From positions 7,384 to 71,383 of the forward strand of contig LUKI01000003.1 of the NCBI GenBank assembly GCA_001593685.1: 64,000 nucleotides of DNA, read 5' to 3'. The notes beneath the pieces were generated by a model that made no database searches, was not told the DNA's origin, and saw only the letters and a program-made list of their open reading frames with translations. The stretch comes from Gammaproteobacteria bacterium F7. GTDB lineage: Bacteria > Pseudomonadota > Gammaproteobacteria > Pseudomonadales > IMCC2047. Of the stretch, positions 11,202 through 22,268 are shown piece by piece (position 1 is the first letter of the stretch; each line of letters begins with the position of its first letter). The translations under genes were made by a program, and so were the position numbers.

Positions 11202-11562
11202 AACTCACCTCAAAAAATAATACCTGGTATAAAGCATCAACCACGAACAGCACTGCGGTTTCAATAACGGGCGGCATTGTACAGGCATCGGCAACGCATT
11301 AACAGCCCATCAATCAATGCAAGTTTACTAAGTTCGCAAATTATTTGCGCCGCACACATAGACCGTTTTACCGACAAAAAATGCCGTTCAATTATCCCCA
11401 ACACACCCAAACCTAGGCTCCAACCCGTGTAAAATAACAATAAAAGCCCGTAACACCGACTGTTCACGTTGTTTTTAAATCTAGTTCTTTATATGATGAT
11501 CAAAATTTTTCAGTAACAGGGCAGCATCGGCTGCCTTTTTGCGTTTTTCAGGATTAAAGAAA

Positions 11563-12810
11563 ATGGCAAGCACATCCTTAATGGACACCTATAAACGGGC
11601 CGATACAGCCTTTGAAATGGGCCAGGGTGCCTGGTTATTCGACACCAATGGCAATAAGTACCTGGATCTTCTCAGCGGTATTGCTGTGTGCGGCTTAGGT
11701 CACAGTCATCCGGCTGTCACACACGCCATTCGGGACCAGGCTGGGCGCTTACTACACACATCCAACCTGTATGAAATTCCATTGCAAACGGAACTGGCGA
11801 ACCGCCTGACTAAAGTTTCCGGCATGGATAAGGTCTTTTTCTGTAATTCTGGCGCTGAAGCTAATGAAGCAGCGATCAAACTTGCTCGCCTGTACGGTCA
11901 CAAGCAGGGAATTAACACGCCAAATATTATTGTTGTCGACAGCGCCTTTCATGGCCGGACGATGGCGACACTAACCGCGACAGGCAACCGCAAAGCCCAG
12001 GCGGGCTTTGAACCATTGGTCAACGGCTTCATCCGTGCCCCCTATGACGATATTGACGCCATAAAAACAATTGCCGGCAACACCCCCGATGTCGTCGCCA
12101 TTTTTGTTGAGCCCATTCAAGGAGAAGGCGGCGTACACGTGCCCGCAGAAAACTATTTGAATGAATTACGTACGCTGTGTGATGAAAATAACTGGCTATT
12201 GATGCTCGACGAAGTACAAACAGGTAATGGTCGCACCGGTAAATATTTCGCTTACCAGCACAACAATATTCTGCCAGATGTTGTAACAACCGCAAAAGGA
12301 CTCGGTAACGGTGTTCCTATTGGCGCCTGCCTGGCGCAAGGTAAAGCCGCTGGCGTTCTACAGGCAGGCACCCACGGCTCAACCTTTGGCGGCAACCCGC
12401 TTGTTTGTGCTGCGGCTCTTGCAACCGTGGATACCCTTATTCACGACAAATTGATTGAACGTGCCGAGAGTTTGGGGCAACGAATGCTGGACGGTTTAAA
12501 AGCCAGGTTGGCAGATGCTAACTACATTACCGATATTCGCGGTAAAGGCTTAATGATTGGTATCGAGCTGAATGAGCCCTGCACCGAGCTGGTCATGTTA
12601 GCAAAAGCCAAAGGGCTACTAATTAACGTCACCGCCAACTCAGTCATTCGCCTATTGCCACCGCTGATACTGACCGACGAAGAAGCCGATCTGGCTGTCG
12701 AAGCTATCTGCAAGTTAATCAAGGTTTATGCTGGCGATGATCGCCAAGGCCAACGCCGTGCTAAAGATCGCGACACCTCAGACCGTCGTCAATCGAGCAA
12801 TAAAGGTTAA
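11563..12810 (+). CDS. argD: Acetylornithine/succinylornithine aminotransferase (class III PLP aminotransferase)
   Basis: ...[14 protein letters not shown]...[17 protein letters not shown]...[12 protein letters not shown]...[15 protein letters not shown] prefer the ATG at 11563 over the TTG at 11539. It carries an unusual basic C-terminal tail (see findings). Confidence 0.88.
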   Translation: MASTSLMDTYKRADTAFEMGQGAWLFDTNGNKYLDLLSGIAVCGLGHSHPAVTHAIRDQAGRLLHTSNLYEIPLQTELANRLTKVSGMDKVFFCNSGAEANEAAIKLARLYGHKQGINTPNIIVVDSAFHGRTMATLTATGNRKAQAGFEPLVNGFIRAPYDDIDAIKTIAGNTPDVVAIFVEPIQGEGGVHVPAENYLNELRTLCDENNWLLMLDEVQTGNGRTGKYFAYQHNNILPDVVTTAKGLGNGVPIGACLAQGKAAGVLQAGTHGSTFGGNPLVCAAALATVDTLIHDKLIERAESLGQRMLDGLKARLADANYITDIRGKGLMIGIELNEPCTELVMLAKAKGLLINVTANSVIRLLPPLILTDEEADLAVEAICKLIKVYAGDDRQGQRRAKDRDTSDRRQSSNKG

Positions 12811-12829
12811 TTCAGCCCACGAGACTCCT

Positions 12830-13750
12830 ATGTCAAACAAGCATTTTCTGACACTCTGTGACCTCACCGGCGCAGAATTTGAACAATTATTGCAACGCGC
12901 CATTGAGCTGAAAAAAATGCAGCACGACGGCGTTATTTATGAGCCACTGAAAAACCGTGTGCTGGCGATGGTTTTTGAAAAATCATCGACACGTACACGT
13001 GTTTCCTTTGAAACCGGTATGGCGCAATTTGGTGGCTCGGCATTATTTCTATCACCGCGTGACACCCAGCTAGGCCGAGGTGAAGCCATCGAAGATAGCG
13101 CCCGGGTCATGTCACGTATGGTCGATATCATTATGATTCGCACCTTCGAGCACAGCAAAATTGAACGCTTTGCTGAATACTCAAGTGTGCCTGTCATCAA
13201 TGCGCTGACCGACGATTACCACCCCTGCCAATTGCTAGCCGACATGCAAACCTATGTTGAGCACCGCGGCTCCATTCGCGGCAAAACAGTTACCTATATT
13301 GGTGACGGCAACAACATGTGTAACTCCTATATTAATGCTGCTCACCTGCTTGGCTTTAAATTACACATCGCCTGCCCGGAAGGCTTTGAGCCAATGGCTT
13401 CTCTGCTTGAGCAGCATAAGAGTCACGTCAAAATTTTCCGCGATCCAGCCGAGGCGACCCTTGGCTCACACTTGGTCGTTACCGATGTCTGGGCATCCAT
13501 GGGCCAGGAAGAGGAACAAAAAGAGCGTGAACAACAGTTTGCTGGCTTCCAGGTGAACCCAAAGCTCATGGATCTCGCATCTCCCGACGCGTTATTCATG
13601 CACTGCTTACCGGCCCACCGCGGCGAAGAAATCAGCCATGACATGCTGGATGACCCGCGCTCCGTTGTCTGGGAAGAGGCCGAAAACCGTCTACACGCTC
13701 AAAAAGCACTGATTGAGCACCTGTGTCAGGATATCTTGCGCAAAGCCTAA
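12830..13750 (+). CDS. argF: Ornithine carbamoyltransferase
   Basis: [12 protein letters not shown]...[13 protein letters not shown]...HPCQLLAD...HCLPA motifs. The ATG at 12830 is preferred; the upstream extension from 12728 overlaps argD. Confidence 0.93.
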   Translation: MSNKHFLTLCDLTGAEFEQLLQRAIELKKMQHDGVIYEPLKNRVLAMVFEKSSTRTRVSFETGMAQFGGSALFLSPRDTQLGRGEAIEDSARVMSRMVDIIMIRTFEHSKIERFAEYSSVPVINALTDDYHPCQLLADMQTYVEHRGSIRGKTVTYIGDGNNMCNSYINAAHLLGFKLHIACPEGFEPMASLLEQHKSHVKIFRDPAEATLGSHLVVTDVWASMGQEEEQKEREQQFAGFQVNPKLMDLASPDALFMHCLPAHRGEEISHDMLDDPRSVVWEEAENRLHAQKALIEHLCQDILRKA

Positions 13751-13924
13751 CCTGACAAATTTCCAAAACGCCGCCTGTCGCCATGACCTGCGGCGCTTAC
13801 TGCCCTTAACAAAGACCACTTTTTTTTAGCGGACTTTTCCGCACTTCTGTTAAAAGCGTCTATCCTTTAGTCAATTAGGCCAATTTAATTGGCTCACCGC
13901 TAACTCGTTTTAGGGAATCAGGGA

Positions 13925-14809
13925 ATGCACGCTATGCAACTCGAAATTGTTGGAGGCTCCGACACCAACACAGACGAACTTCTTGAACAGATTGAAAACG
14001 CGATCAAAAAAGAGGAAATCAAACTCCCGGCAATGCCCGATATTGCCATGAAAATTCGTGATGCGTTCAAAGACGAACAGTACGACATCATGAAAATCGC
14101 TCACATCGTCCAAGCGGAAGCCGGACTCGCCGCCTATATTTTAAAGGTGGCTAACAGCCCTTTGCACCGAGGCCCAATCCCGATAAAAACAGCCAAACAT
14201 GCCGTTTGTCGCCTTGGCCAACACTCCGTACAAAGTATTGTGTTGACCTACACACTGCGTGCCATGTTTCAAACCGACTCCCCACAACTGAAAGTATTGT
14301 TGAGAAAACAGTGGGAACAAAGCACTAGCCTGGCCGCTATCAGTGCTTTACTGGCGACACGTTGCGATGATTTTGACCCTGACCAAGCACTACTCGGTGG
14401 ACTGTTGCAGGATATCGGCTGCTTACCCCTACTCGACTGGTTATCAAAAAACCATGATGCGACTCAGGATCTTGATGCCGTTTACAAAAATTTGACCGAC
14501 AATTATGCAGCTGCTGTTGGTGAACTCATACTACGCAATTGGCAGTTTGATCAGGAGCTAATTGATGTCGTCAAAGCACGCGGCGACTGGACCCGTAGCT
14601 CCAATGCCGAAGTGGATATCACCGATATTGTTACAATTGCTCGCCATCATCAGCACATGGGCCGTGGCGAACTTAATACCTGCCCCAACATCACTGACAT
14701 CCCGGCTTACCATAAGCTACCGTTCCAGCAACTAACACCAGATCAAAGCCTGCATATTTTAGAAGAGGCAAAAGAAGAAATTGAGGAAATCCGCCAAATG
14801 CTGGTGTAA
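13925..14809 (+). CDS. HDOD domain-containing signalling protein
   Basis: LPAMPDIAMKIRDAF...IVQAEAGLAAYILKVANSPL...LLQDIGCLPLL, typical of an HDOD domain. Confidence 0.85.
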   Translation: MHAMQLEIVGGSDTNTDELLEQIENAIKKEEIKLPAMPDIAMKIRDAFKDEQYDIMKIAHIVQAEAGLAAYILKVANSPLHRGPIPIKTAKHAVCRLGQHSVQSIVLTYTLRAMFQTDSPQLKVLLRKQWEQSTSLAAISALLATRCDDFDPDQALLGGLLQDIGCLPLLDWLSKNHDATQDLDAVYKNLTDNYAAAVGELILRNWQFDQELIDVVKARGDWTRSSNAEVDITDIVTIARHHQHMGRGELNTCPNITDIPAYHKLPFQQLTPDQSLHILEEAKEEIEEIRQMLV

Positions 14810-14830
14810 AACCTCATCACCTGAAACAGT

Positions 14831-14857
14831 AAGGCCAACATTTGTTGGCCTTTTTTA
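14831..14857 (+). terminator. Rho-independent terminator after the HDOD gene
   Basis: aaggccaaca-tt-tgttggcctt followed by a T-run. Confidence 0.7.
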
Positions 14858-14943
14858 TTTAAGTTTTAACCTTTTACCAATCATAGTGAATTAATAGAAA
14901 GTTAAAAGTGGCACCAGGTTCCTCTACAAGCGCGCTCCTACCG

Positions 14944-17274
14944 CTACCGTTTAACCCCAGCCTGCTTTAACAAAGCCGCCATGGTGCCTTCCGCCGGTTT
15001 TTTATCCTTTTGCTTATTCGCCACAGTTCTACGTTGCTTTTTATCTGCGCCTGATTTGCGCGATGCAGGTTCACCCTGCCCCTGCTGGTCAGCGGCACTA
15101 TCTGCCATTCTCATTGTTAAACCAATACGCTTGCGCTCAACGTCCACAGCCATCACTTTCACCTTCACAATATCGCCTGCCTTTACCACGCTGTGAGGGT
15201 CCTTAACGAACTTGTCAGCCAACGCCGAGATATGCACCAAACCATCCTGATGAACACCAATATCAACAAACGCACCAAAATTCGTCACATTGGTAATTGT
15301 GCCTTCCAGAACCATATCCGGCTGTAAATCTTTAATCGTTTCCACGCCTTCTTTTAACCGCGCCATTTTAAACTCTGGACGCGGGTCGCGCCCCGGTTTA
15401 TCCAGCTCAGCAATAATATCGGTCACCGTTGGCAATCCAAAACGGTCATCACAAAAGTTTTCAGGCCGTAATTTTTTCAAAAATTCAGTGTCGCCAATCA
15501 GACTATTAACGTCACGACTGCTTTGTTCGGCAATGCGCTCAACAACAGCATAACTTTCCGGATGGACACCGGAAGCATCCAGCGGGTTTTCACCTTCATT
15601 GATGCGTAAAAATCCGGCAGCCTGCTCAAAACTCTTTTCACCAAACCGCGGAACCTGCATAAGTGCCGAGCGATCAGAAAAAGCGCCATTTTGCTCCCGA
15701 AAGTTGACAATATTATTGGCAAGACTTTGATTAAGCCCCGACACTCTTGCCAATAAAGGACTTGAGGCTGTATTTAGATCGACGCCAACAGCGTTTACAC
15801 AATCTTCAACAACGGCATCCAAACTACGCGCCAACTTAATTTGACTCACGTCGTGCTGATATTGACCAACCCCTATTGATTTGGGGTCAATTTTTACTAA
15901 CTCGGCCAAGGGATCCTGTAAACGGCGTGCAATAGAGATAGCCCCTCGAATGGTGACATCTAAATCGGGAAACTCCTGCGCGGCAAACTCCGACGCAGAA
16001 TAAATCGATGCGCCCGCTTCATTCACAATCACTTTCTGAATGCTTAATTCTGGATTGCTGCTGAGCATATCACCGACAAATTTATCGGTTTCACGCGATG
16101 CGGTACCATTGCCAATGGCAATCAAGTTAACGGCATGTTTTCTACAAAACGTCAGCAAAACGGCCTCCGCTTCACGAACACGTTTTTGTGGCGGCGTTGG
16201 ATAAATAGTGTCGTAATCGAGTAGTTTCCCGGTCTCATCTACCACTGCCACTTTAACACCGGTTCGCAACCCCGGATCAAGGCCAATGGTGACCTTACGG
16301 CCAGCAGGTGCAGCCAACAGTAGATCCTTGAGGTTTCGGCCAAAAACCTCAATGGCCTCTAGTTCTGCACGCTCACGCAACTCATTCAACAGCTCCAACT
16401 CCAGGTGTGTTAGCAGTTTGATACGCCACGTCCAGCGCACCACCTCCTGCAACCAACTGTCTGCCGCACGACCTTCGTGTTTAATATGACAATGCTCAGC
16501 CACCATAGCTTCACAGGGATGAGCGGCTGGCTTAGCAGACTCCTCACCAGGTGATTCCAGCGTAATCGCCACCGAAATAATGCCTTCCTTACGCGCACGA
16601 AAAACCGCCAATGCCCGATGCGACGGCATTTTTGATAACCGTTCGCTGTATTCAAAATAGTCACGAAACTTAGCCCCCTCCTGCTCTTTACCCGCCACCA
16701 CTGAAGCCGTTACAACGCCCTCAAGTTTGAGAAAGTCACGTAACTTACTGAGCAGTCCGGCATCTTCGCTAAAGCGCTCCATGAGAATCTGTTTGGCGCC
16801 CTCCAGTGCGGCTTTCGCATCAGCCACTCCCTGATCATCATTGACAAAACCTTCAGCCGTTTCTTGCGGGTCGAGTTCAGGTTGCTCCAAAAGCATTAAG
16901 GCCAACGGCTCTAACCCGGCCTCCCGTGCAATTTGAGCTTTAGTACGACGTTTCTTTTTGAAGGGTAAATAGAGGTCTTCAAGACTCGTTTTAGTTTCAG
17001 CCTCGTTAATGTCACGTTTCAGGGCTGGCGTTAGTTTGCCCTGCTCCTCAATACTATTGAGGATACTTTGCCGACGATCATCTAACTCGCGTAGATAACG
17101 TAAGCGCTCATCCAGTGTACGCAACTGTCCATCATCCAGCCCTTCCGTGGCTTCCTTACGGTAACGCGAAATAAAGGGCACGCTGCTACCTTCATCCAAT
17201 AACCCTACCGCGGCAGCCACCTGGCGTTCCTTTACCTGTAATTCTGCCGCCAGGCGGCTGTTAATCGTCAACAT
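14944..17274 (-). CDS. tex: Tex family transcription accessory protein (S1 RNA-binding domain)
   Basis: 776 aa; ...[30 protein letters not shown]..., a YqgF/HhH region, and a C-terminal S1 domain ([26 protein letters not shown]). Confidence 0.95.
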   Translation of the reverse strand: MLTINSRLAAELQVKERQVAAAVGLLDEGSSVPFISRYRKEATEGLDDGQLRTLDERLRYLRELDDRRQSILNSIEEQGKLTPALKRDINEAETKTSLEDLYLPFKKKRRTKAQIAREAGLEPLALMLLEQPELDPQETAEGFVNDDQGVADAKAALEGAKQILMERFSEDAGLLSKLRDFLKLEGVVTASVVAGKEQEGAKFRDYFEYSERLSKMPSHRALAVFRARKEGIISVAITLESPGEESAKPAAHPCEAMVAEHCHIKHEGRAADSWLQEVVRWTWRIKLLTHLELELLNELRERAELEAIEVFGRNLKDLLLAAPAGRKVTIGLDPGLRTGVKVAVVDETGKLLDYDTIYPTPPQKRVREAEAVLLTFCRKHAVNLIAIGNGTASRETDKFVGDMLSSNPELSIQKVIVNEAGASIYSASEFAAQEFPDLDVTIRGAISIARRLQDPLAELVKIDPKSIGVGQYQHDVSQIKLARSLDAVVEDCVNAVGVDLNTASSPLLARVSGLNQSLANNIVNFREQNGAFSDRSALMQVPRFGEKSFEQAAGFLRINEGENPLDASGVHPESYAVVERIAEQSSRDVNSLIGDTEFLKKLRPENFCDDRFGLPTVTDIIAELDKPGRDPRPEFKMARLKEGVETIKDLQPDMVLEGTITNVTNFGAFVDIGVHQDGLVHISALADKFVKDPHSVVKAGDIVKVKVMAVDVERKRIGLTMRMADSAADQQGQGEPASRKSGADKKQRRTVANKQKDKKPAEGTMAALLKQAGVKR

Positions 17275-17697
17275 TAATAAAATTTCCTGAAAAACTATTT
17301 TGAAAAGTTATAGCGGACGTAACGCAAACCTGCGGCACCGCAATAGAGTTGTGATTTTATAGGCCGTATCGCCTGTCTGCTAGTTCCACAGCCGCTTAAT
17401 CATGCGACTAATACTCAGAGCCAGAGATATGATGAGTCCCCCCTCTCATGACAACTGCTTTAATTCTTTTGCTCTGTGGGGCTGCTATCAGACACCACGG
17501 CTATTTACTGGCGGTCTCACAGCAGTAAAAAACTGCATCTTCCGATTGAAGGCAGCTTTTTAATCAGCAGTAAAAAGTCATGACTGAGACGTATGACAAG
17601 AAAGGAAAGTTTTTTAAAAACTTTGGTTGAACATTAGCGAATATCTGACGTCGAACAGCGTTCGTTTTAATCTTTAATTTCTGGAACGCTCAAATTA

Positions 17698-17910
17698 CTA
17701 CAAATGGTCTAACTCTGGATTAAACCCGCTTGTTTCAATCACAACCTGCTCACGCTGTCTCAAGGTAACAATACTCACGGAATTTTGTGATTCGCTTTGC
17801 AACTGCTGAGCCACCGAGGCACAGTGTATTTCGACGATCTGAGCAGGACTGCTTGCAACTGGATTGCTGCATTCCGATAATGGGTAGGTATCTGATTCAA
17901 AACTAAGCAT
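17698..17910 (-). CDS. Hypothetical small protein (70 aa)
   Basis: ORF with an AAGGAT-type SD upstream. It has no recognisable family and lies in a long intergenic region. Confidence 0.3.
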   Translation of the reverse strand: MLSFESDTYPLSECSNPVASSPAQIVEIHCASVAQQLQSESQNSVSIVTLRQREQVVIETSGFNPELDHL

Positions 17911-17953
17911 TTTAGTATCCTTCTATTTCATTCATTTTTTTGTTCATGACATT

Positions 17954-18718
17954 ATGTTGCAGATATTTTATGACAGCTTTATGAAAGCCATATCCGATTC
18001 TGATAAGCGCAAAGTCACGACTGGCTCTATTCGCGGTTTAAAGCTGCCGGCTTTAATCAGCCTGGTGCTGCTAACTTCGGGTTGTGGGCTAAATCAACTC
18101 AAACAGCGCGAAGTCGCCCTTAATGAACAGCAACAGGTATTAACAGAACAGTTACAAAAACTGGAAGAAGAAAATCAGCGCCTTGCTTCCCTGGAAGAAA
18201 CGCTCAACCAAGAAAAAAATCGCTTAGAGGTAATGAAAAAGTCACTCGGTGCCTATGCAAAAACCGAGATTAAACAGCGCCAACCTAAATCGCACCTGGT
18301 CATCGGTGAGCTGGAAAATGTATACCTCACACCACCGGATATTGAACTGACCGCACGCATTGATACCGGCGCCAAAACGTCCTCCTTAAACGCACTGGAT
18401 ATGGTCGAGTTTGAACGCGACGGTAAAGCACATGTTCGCTTTAATATCATCGACCCGAAAACCGATAAAAAAATCGAAATCATTCGGCGTATCATTGGTC
18501 ATGTAAAAATTAAAGAGCACGACGGCGATTCACAGTCGCGCCCTATCGTCAAAATCCGCGTACGTCTGGGCAATCTCGACCACCCCATAAAAATGACCCT
18601 TACCGATCGCAGTGTGTTTAGAAACCAGGTATTGATTGGTCGCAATTTTTTACGTGATTACGCCATTGTAGATGTTAGCCAAAAATTTCAAACCACCCCT
18701 GTCATCAACGACGAATAA
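17954..18718 (+). CDS. Lipoprotein with coiled coil and a C-terminal retropepsin-like / 'ATP-dependent zinc protease' (DUF785, RimB-like) domain
   Basis: Lipobox LLTSGC, a coiled coil (QQQVLTEQLQKLEEENQRL...), and a C-terminal ...ARIDTGAKTSSLNA...VLIGRNFL... pattern seen in DUF785 proteins encoded next to RimK-like ligases. Confidence 0.65.
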   Translation: MLQIFYDSFMKAISDSDKRKVTTGSIRGLKLPALISLVLLTSGCGLNQLKQREVALNEQQQVLTEQLQKLEEENQRLASLEETLNQEKNRLEVMKKSLGAYAKTEIKQRQPKSHLVIGELENVYLTPPDIELTARIDTGAKTSSLNALDMVEFERDGKAHVRFNIIDPKTDKKIEIIRRIIGHVKIKEHDGDSQSRPIVKIRVRLGNLDHPIKMTLTDRSVFRNQVLIGRNFLRDYAIVDVSQKFQTTPVINDE

Positions 18719-18732
18719 ATTGAGCCTTTACC

Positions 18733-20319
18733 ATGCATAGCCGCCCCAAATTTTTATTATTCGTTTTGCTATTGCTGGTCACCGGTTTTGGTCTGACACT
18801 CTATAAACACTTTGCGTTGGGTTTCCCCCTTTGGCCAGGAGAAAAAGCCAGCGTCTGGACGATTGAGGCAAAAATTGAGTTTACCGGTCAGGATAAACCC
18901 GCGCTCGTGTCCTTTGCCTTGCCCTATAACCCGCCAGGTATAGAGATTTTAGGTGAGGATTTCGCCTCGCCAAACTACGGTTTCACCAAAATTGAACAGC
19001 GCGATCAGCGACGCGCACAATGGAGCTCCCGTCAAGCAACCGGCAGCCAAACTGTTTATTACCGCCTTGATGTGTATGAAAAGCCGGGGGAAAATCAGGG
19101 TCAGATCAGCCAACAACCCACGGCCATCCAAACACCAGAATTTGAAGAACCTTTTCGTACTGCTGCCAGCACGCTGGTTGACGAGCTAAACCAACGTTCA
19201 TCGGACACACGTACTTTTACGCTGGAGTTACTGCATACTCTTAACGCCGAAAAACCCAGTCAAAATGTACGCCTGTTACTGGGCGACCGCCCGGGCGAAG
19301 ATTTCAAAGCCCGCCTTGCCATTGACCTGTTAAACCTCGCTGAGATTCCAGCACGTAAAGTCCGCGGCCTGTTTCTTGAGGATGGCCGCCGTCGCCAGGC
19401 ATTAATCAGCTTTATTGAAGTTCATGATGGAAAAAAATGGCGGTTATTTAACCAATCCACCGCCGAAGAGGGTATCCCTGAACACTTTATCCTCTGGCAG
19501 CGTGGCGGTCTCTCCCTGCTCGACGTCGAAGGCGGTCACCGTTCCAGAGTGCACTTTTCAATTATTGAAAATAACCAGTCCGCACGCAGCATTGCCGTTC
19601 AACAGGGCCGTGACGAACAGGCCGCATTGGTAGACTTCTCCATCTACAGCCTGCCCATTGAAGAACAAAACGCCTTTAAAGCTATCTTACTGGTACCCAT
19701 TGGCGCACTAATTGTGGTTATTTTACGCACCCTGGTGGGCATTCGTACCTCCGGCACCTTTATGCCCATTTTGATCGCGCTGGCTTTTATTAAAACGTCA
19801 CTCATTACCGGGTTATTTATTTTTATCTTTGTAGTCAGTGCCGGCTTGCTGATTCGCTCCTATCTCTCACACCTTAATCTACTCCTGGTGGCGCGCATAT
19901 CGGCAGTCATCATCGTCGTTATCGGCCTGATGGCGGCGATGAGCATTGTTAGCCAGAAACTCGGCTTCAGTCAGGCGTTGACGGTAACCTTCTTCCCAAT
20001 GATTATTCTCGCGTGGACGATCGAACGCATGTCCATTCTGTGGGAAGAAGATGGCCCCAAGGAAGTGCTCATTCAAGGTGCCGGCAGTTTATTTGTCGCA
20101 ATACTGGCTTACCTGTGCATGACCAACCGCGTCGTTGAATATCTGACCTTCAACTTCCCGGAGCTGCTATTTGTCAATCTGGCGGTCATTCTATTGCTCG
20201 GTCAATACACGGGTTATCGCCTGTCCGAATTACGCCGTTTCCAACCACTGGCGGAGACCGAACTGGATAGCGTCTTACGCCAGCAAAAAAGCAATCACAA
20301 CACGGCAAATGACAAATGA
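18733..20319 (+). CDS. Inactive transglutaminase-like domain fused to a 7TM module (UUP1/7TM_transglut-like membrane protein)
   Basis: 528 aa with an N-terminal TM, a ~300-aa extracytoplasmic domain, and then about 7 hydrophobic helices (ILLVPIGALIVVILRTLVGIRTSGTFMPILIALAF...). The start lies 14 nt after the upstream gene's stop, and the stop overlaps the next gene's start. Confidence 0.65.
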   Translation: MHSRPKFLLFVLLLLVTGFGLTLYKHFALGFPLWPGEKASVWTIEAKIEFTGQDKPALVSFALPYNPPGIEILGEDFASPNYGFTKIEQRDQRRAQWSSRQATGSQTVYYRLDVYEKPGENQGQISQQPTAIQTPEFEEPFRTAASTLVDELNQRSSDTRTFTLELLHTLNAEKPSQNVRLLLGDRPGEDFKARLAIDLLNLAEIPARKVRGLFLEDGRRRQALISFIEVHDGKKWRLFNQSTAEEGIPEHFILWQRGGLSLLDVEGGHRSRVHFSIIENNQSARSIAVQQGRDEQAALVDFSIYSLPIEEQNAFKAILLVPIGALIVVILRTLVGIRTSGTFMPILIALAFIKTSLITGLFIFIFVVSAGLLIRSYLSHLNLLLVARISAVIIVVIGLMAAMSIVSQKLGFSQALTVTFFPMIILAWTIERMSILWEEDGPKEVLIQGAGSLFVAILAYLCMTNRVVEYLTFNFPELLFVNLAVILLLGQYTGYRLSELRRFQPLAETELDSVLRQQKSNHNTANDK

Positions 20320-21266
20320 TGTTCGCCACCCCTAAACAGTTACGTGCGCGCGGCATTATGGGCATGAACCGTCGCAATGTAGACTATGTTGCTGCCCACA
20401 ACCCGCGGCACCTATATCCGTTAGTGGATAACAAACTGAAAACCAAGCTGTTAGCTGAGCAAGCCGGCATTGCCGTGCCAAAGCTACTGGGCACTTTACG
20501 TTATCAACACGATGTCAAAGGTCTGCACAGTCAACTGCTACCGCATGAAAAGTTTGTCATCAAACCCTCTAAGGGCAGCGGCGGTAAAGGCATTTTGGTG
20601 ATCGCAGAACGTGAACACGACATTTATTTCAAACCCAGCGAAGAGGCCATTAGCCACGAAGCGCTAGAACGTCATGTCACTAATATTTTGAGCGGCTTAT
20701 ATAGTTTAAGCGGCTCCCCGGATATCGCCATGATCGAATCAATGATTGAGGCGCACAACATCTTTGATGCCTACAGCTTTGAAGGCGTTCCTGATATCCG
20801 TGTGATTATTTTTAAGGGCTACCCTGTCATGGCGATGTTACGCCTTGCAACTCACGCTTCCGATGGCAAAGCGAACTTGCATCAGGGGGCTGTAGGGGTC
20901 GGCATTGACCTGGCGACAGGTAAAGCGCTGCACGCAGTTCAGCATGACCGCCCCATTTATCAGCATCCGGATACACAACGCGATTTCAGTGAGCTACAAA
21001 TTCCAGATTGGGACAAGCTATTACCGCTGGCCGCAGCCTGTCAGGAAGTGACTGGATTAGGTTATATGGGCGTGGATATTGTGATTGATAAAAATCATGG
21101 CCCACTCATTTTGGAGCTAAACGCCCGCCCCGGCCTGGCAATTCAAATGGCTAACGGCACCGGCATTTTCCCACGCCTACAGCAAGTGGAAGCGTTGAGC
21201 GGAGAACAGCGCACGCCAGAACAGCGTGCGCAGATTAGTCGCGAATTATTTGGGCAACAGCCTTAA
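20316..21266 (+). CDS. Alpha-L-glutamate ligase-like ATP-grasp protein (RimK-related)
   Basis: ...LRARGIMGMNRRNVDYVAAHNPRHLYPLVDNKLKTKLLAEQAGIAVP...KPSKGSGGKGI...GVDIVIDKNHGPLILELNARPGL; ATP-grasp motifs. There is a 4-nt ATGA overlap with the upstream gene. Confidence 0.8.
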   Translation: MMFATPKQLRARGIMGMNRRNVDYVAAHNPRHLYPLVDNKLKTKLLAEQAGIAVPKLLGTLRYQHDVKGLHSQLLPHEKFVIKPSKGSGGKGILVIAEREHDIYFKPSEEAISHEALERHVTNILSGLYSLSGSPDIAMIESMIEAHNIFDAYSFEGVPDIRVIIFKGYPVMAMLRLATHASDGKANLHQGAVGVGIDLATGKALHAVQHDRPIYQHPDTQRDFSELQIPDWDKLLPLAAACQEVTGLGYMGVDIVIDKNHGPLILELNARPGLAIQMANGTGIFPRLQQVEALSGEQRTPEQRAQISRELFGQQP

Positions 21267-22021
21267 AACAAATCCTTGAGCTTATCGCCTAGTTTCTCAT
21301 CGAGCTTTTGCATCGCTTCGCCTTTTTTCTTGTCGATGGCTTCCTGAATCTTTTGCTTACCAAGTTCATCGACGGCAGCCTTAGTGGCAGCCTTGGTCAC
21401 CAAACGCACCACCTCATCAACTATCGCAGCAACCGAACCATCGTTGCCACCTTGACCTAAATCCTTGAGATGCATATCCGGGATAGTGACACTTCGCTGC
21501 TCTTCCCTATCCAGCAATTTAGCACTGACATTAACCTTGGTGTTATTAATGAAAAGGTCATCAATCAACAGCTGAATATTACTGGAACCACCCTCATCCG
21601 CTGCCGCACCGCCGCTATCTGCACCGGTATTTTTTTCGACATTACGTCTCAGGGCATCAATATTCGAGCTTTTATTAACCTGTTCATAGGTCAACTCAGC
21701 CCCGTCAATAAGGATTTTTTCGATACGGATTTGTTCAGAAAAAAGACTGCCCACATCCAGCTTGACGGCAACCTCACCAACCCGGAAAGCCTCATTACTT
21801 TTAAAGCCCTTGGGATTACCAATAACAAGATTATTAATACTCGCGCTGCCAGACAACAGCGAAACGTCAACACCACTGAGCGTCACAGAAGTGCCGGTAA
21901 TATCCGGACCATAGCTTTCGACACCGTTCTTGATCAATGATCCTGCCTGGGAGGCAACGACCACAACGGCGATGATAATCAGCAGCAGTAAAACACCCAC
22001 CGCAATCATTAACTTTTTCAT
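21263..22021 (-). CDS. Membrane-anchored protein of unknown function
   Basis: The ATG at 22021 is preceded by a strong SD (AAGGAGAAG). It has an N-terminal TM (MKKLMIAVGVLLLLIIIAVVVVA) and a Lys-rich C-terminus. Its stop overlaps the stop of the convergent ATP-grasp gene (TTAA, 21263-21266). Confidence 0.6.
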   Translation of the reverse strand: MKKLMIAVGVLLLLIIIAVVVVASQAGSLIKNGVESYGPDITGTSVTLSGVDVSLLSGSASINNLVIGNPKGFKSNEAFRVGEVAVKLDVGSLFSEQIRIEKILIDGAELTYEQVNKSSNIDALRRNVEKNTGADSGGAAADEGGSSNIQLLIDDLFINNTKVNVSAKLLDREEQRSVTIPDMHLKDLGQGGNDGSVAAIVDEVVRLVTKAATKAAVDELGKQKIQEAIDKKKGEAMQKLDEKLGDKLKDLF

Positions 22022-22268
22022 AACAACTTCTCCTTGTGTATTTATTGATCCATAGTTATACAGGCACTCCCCAAATACAAGCACCTTGATAACCGCTATT
22101 GCCTTCGCTAAAAGCTTTAACAGCACCGTTGAAATACCGCCTATTAAATAGGCAGTTGATCCTGGTCAAGTCTTCAGGTCTAATTAAAACAGCTCTACGT
22201 TACAAATTTTGTAGAAAGGCTTTGTCGCTTTTCAACGTTGCATAAGACGAATGGATAAGGAGGTACCC

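Noticed and set aside
12728-12829. N-terminal extension of the argF ORF
   Set aside because: It overlaps the argD 3' end. OTCases start near MSNKHFL..., and an ATG at 12830 fits.
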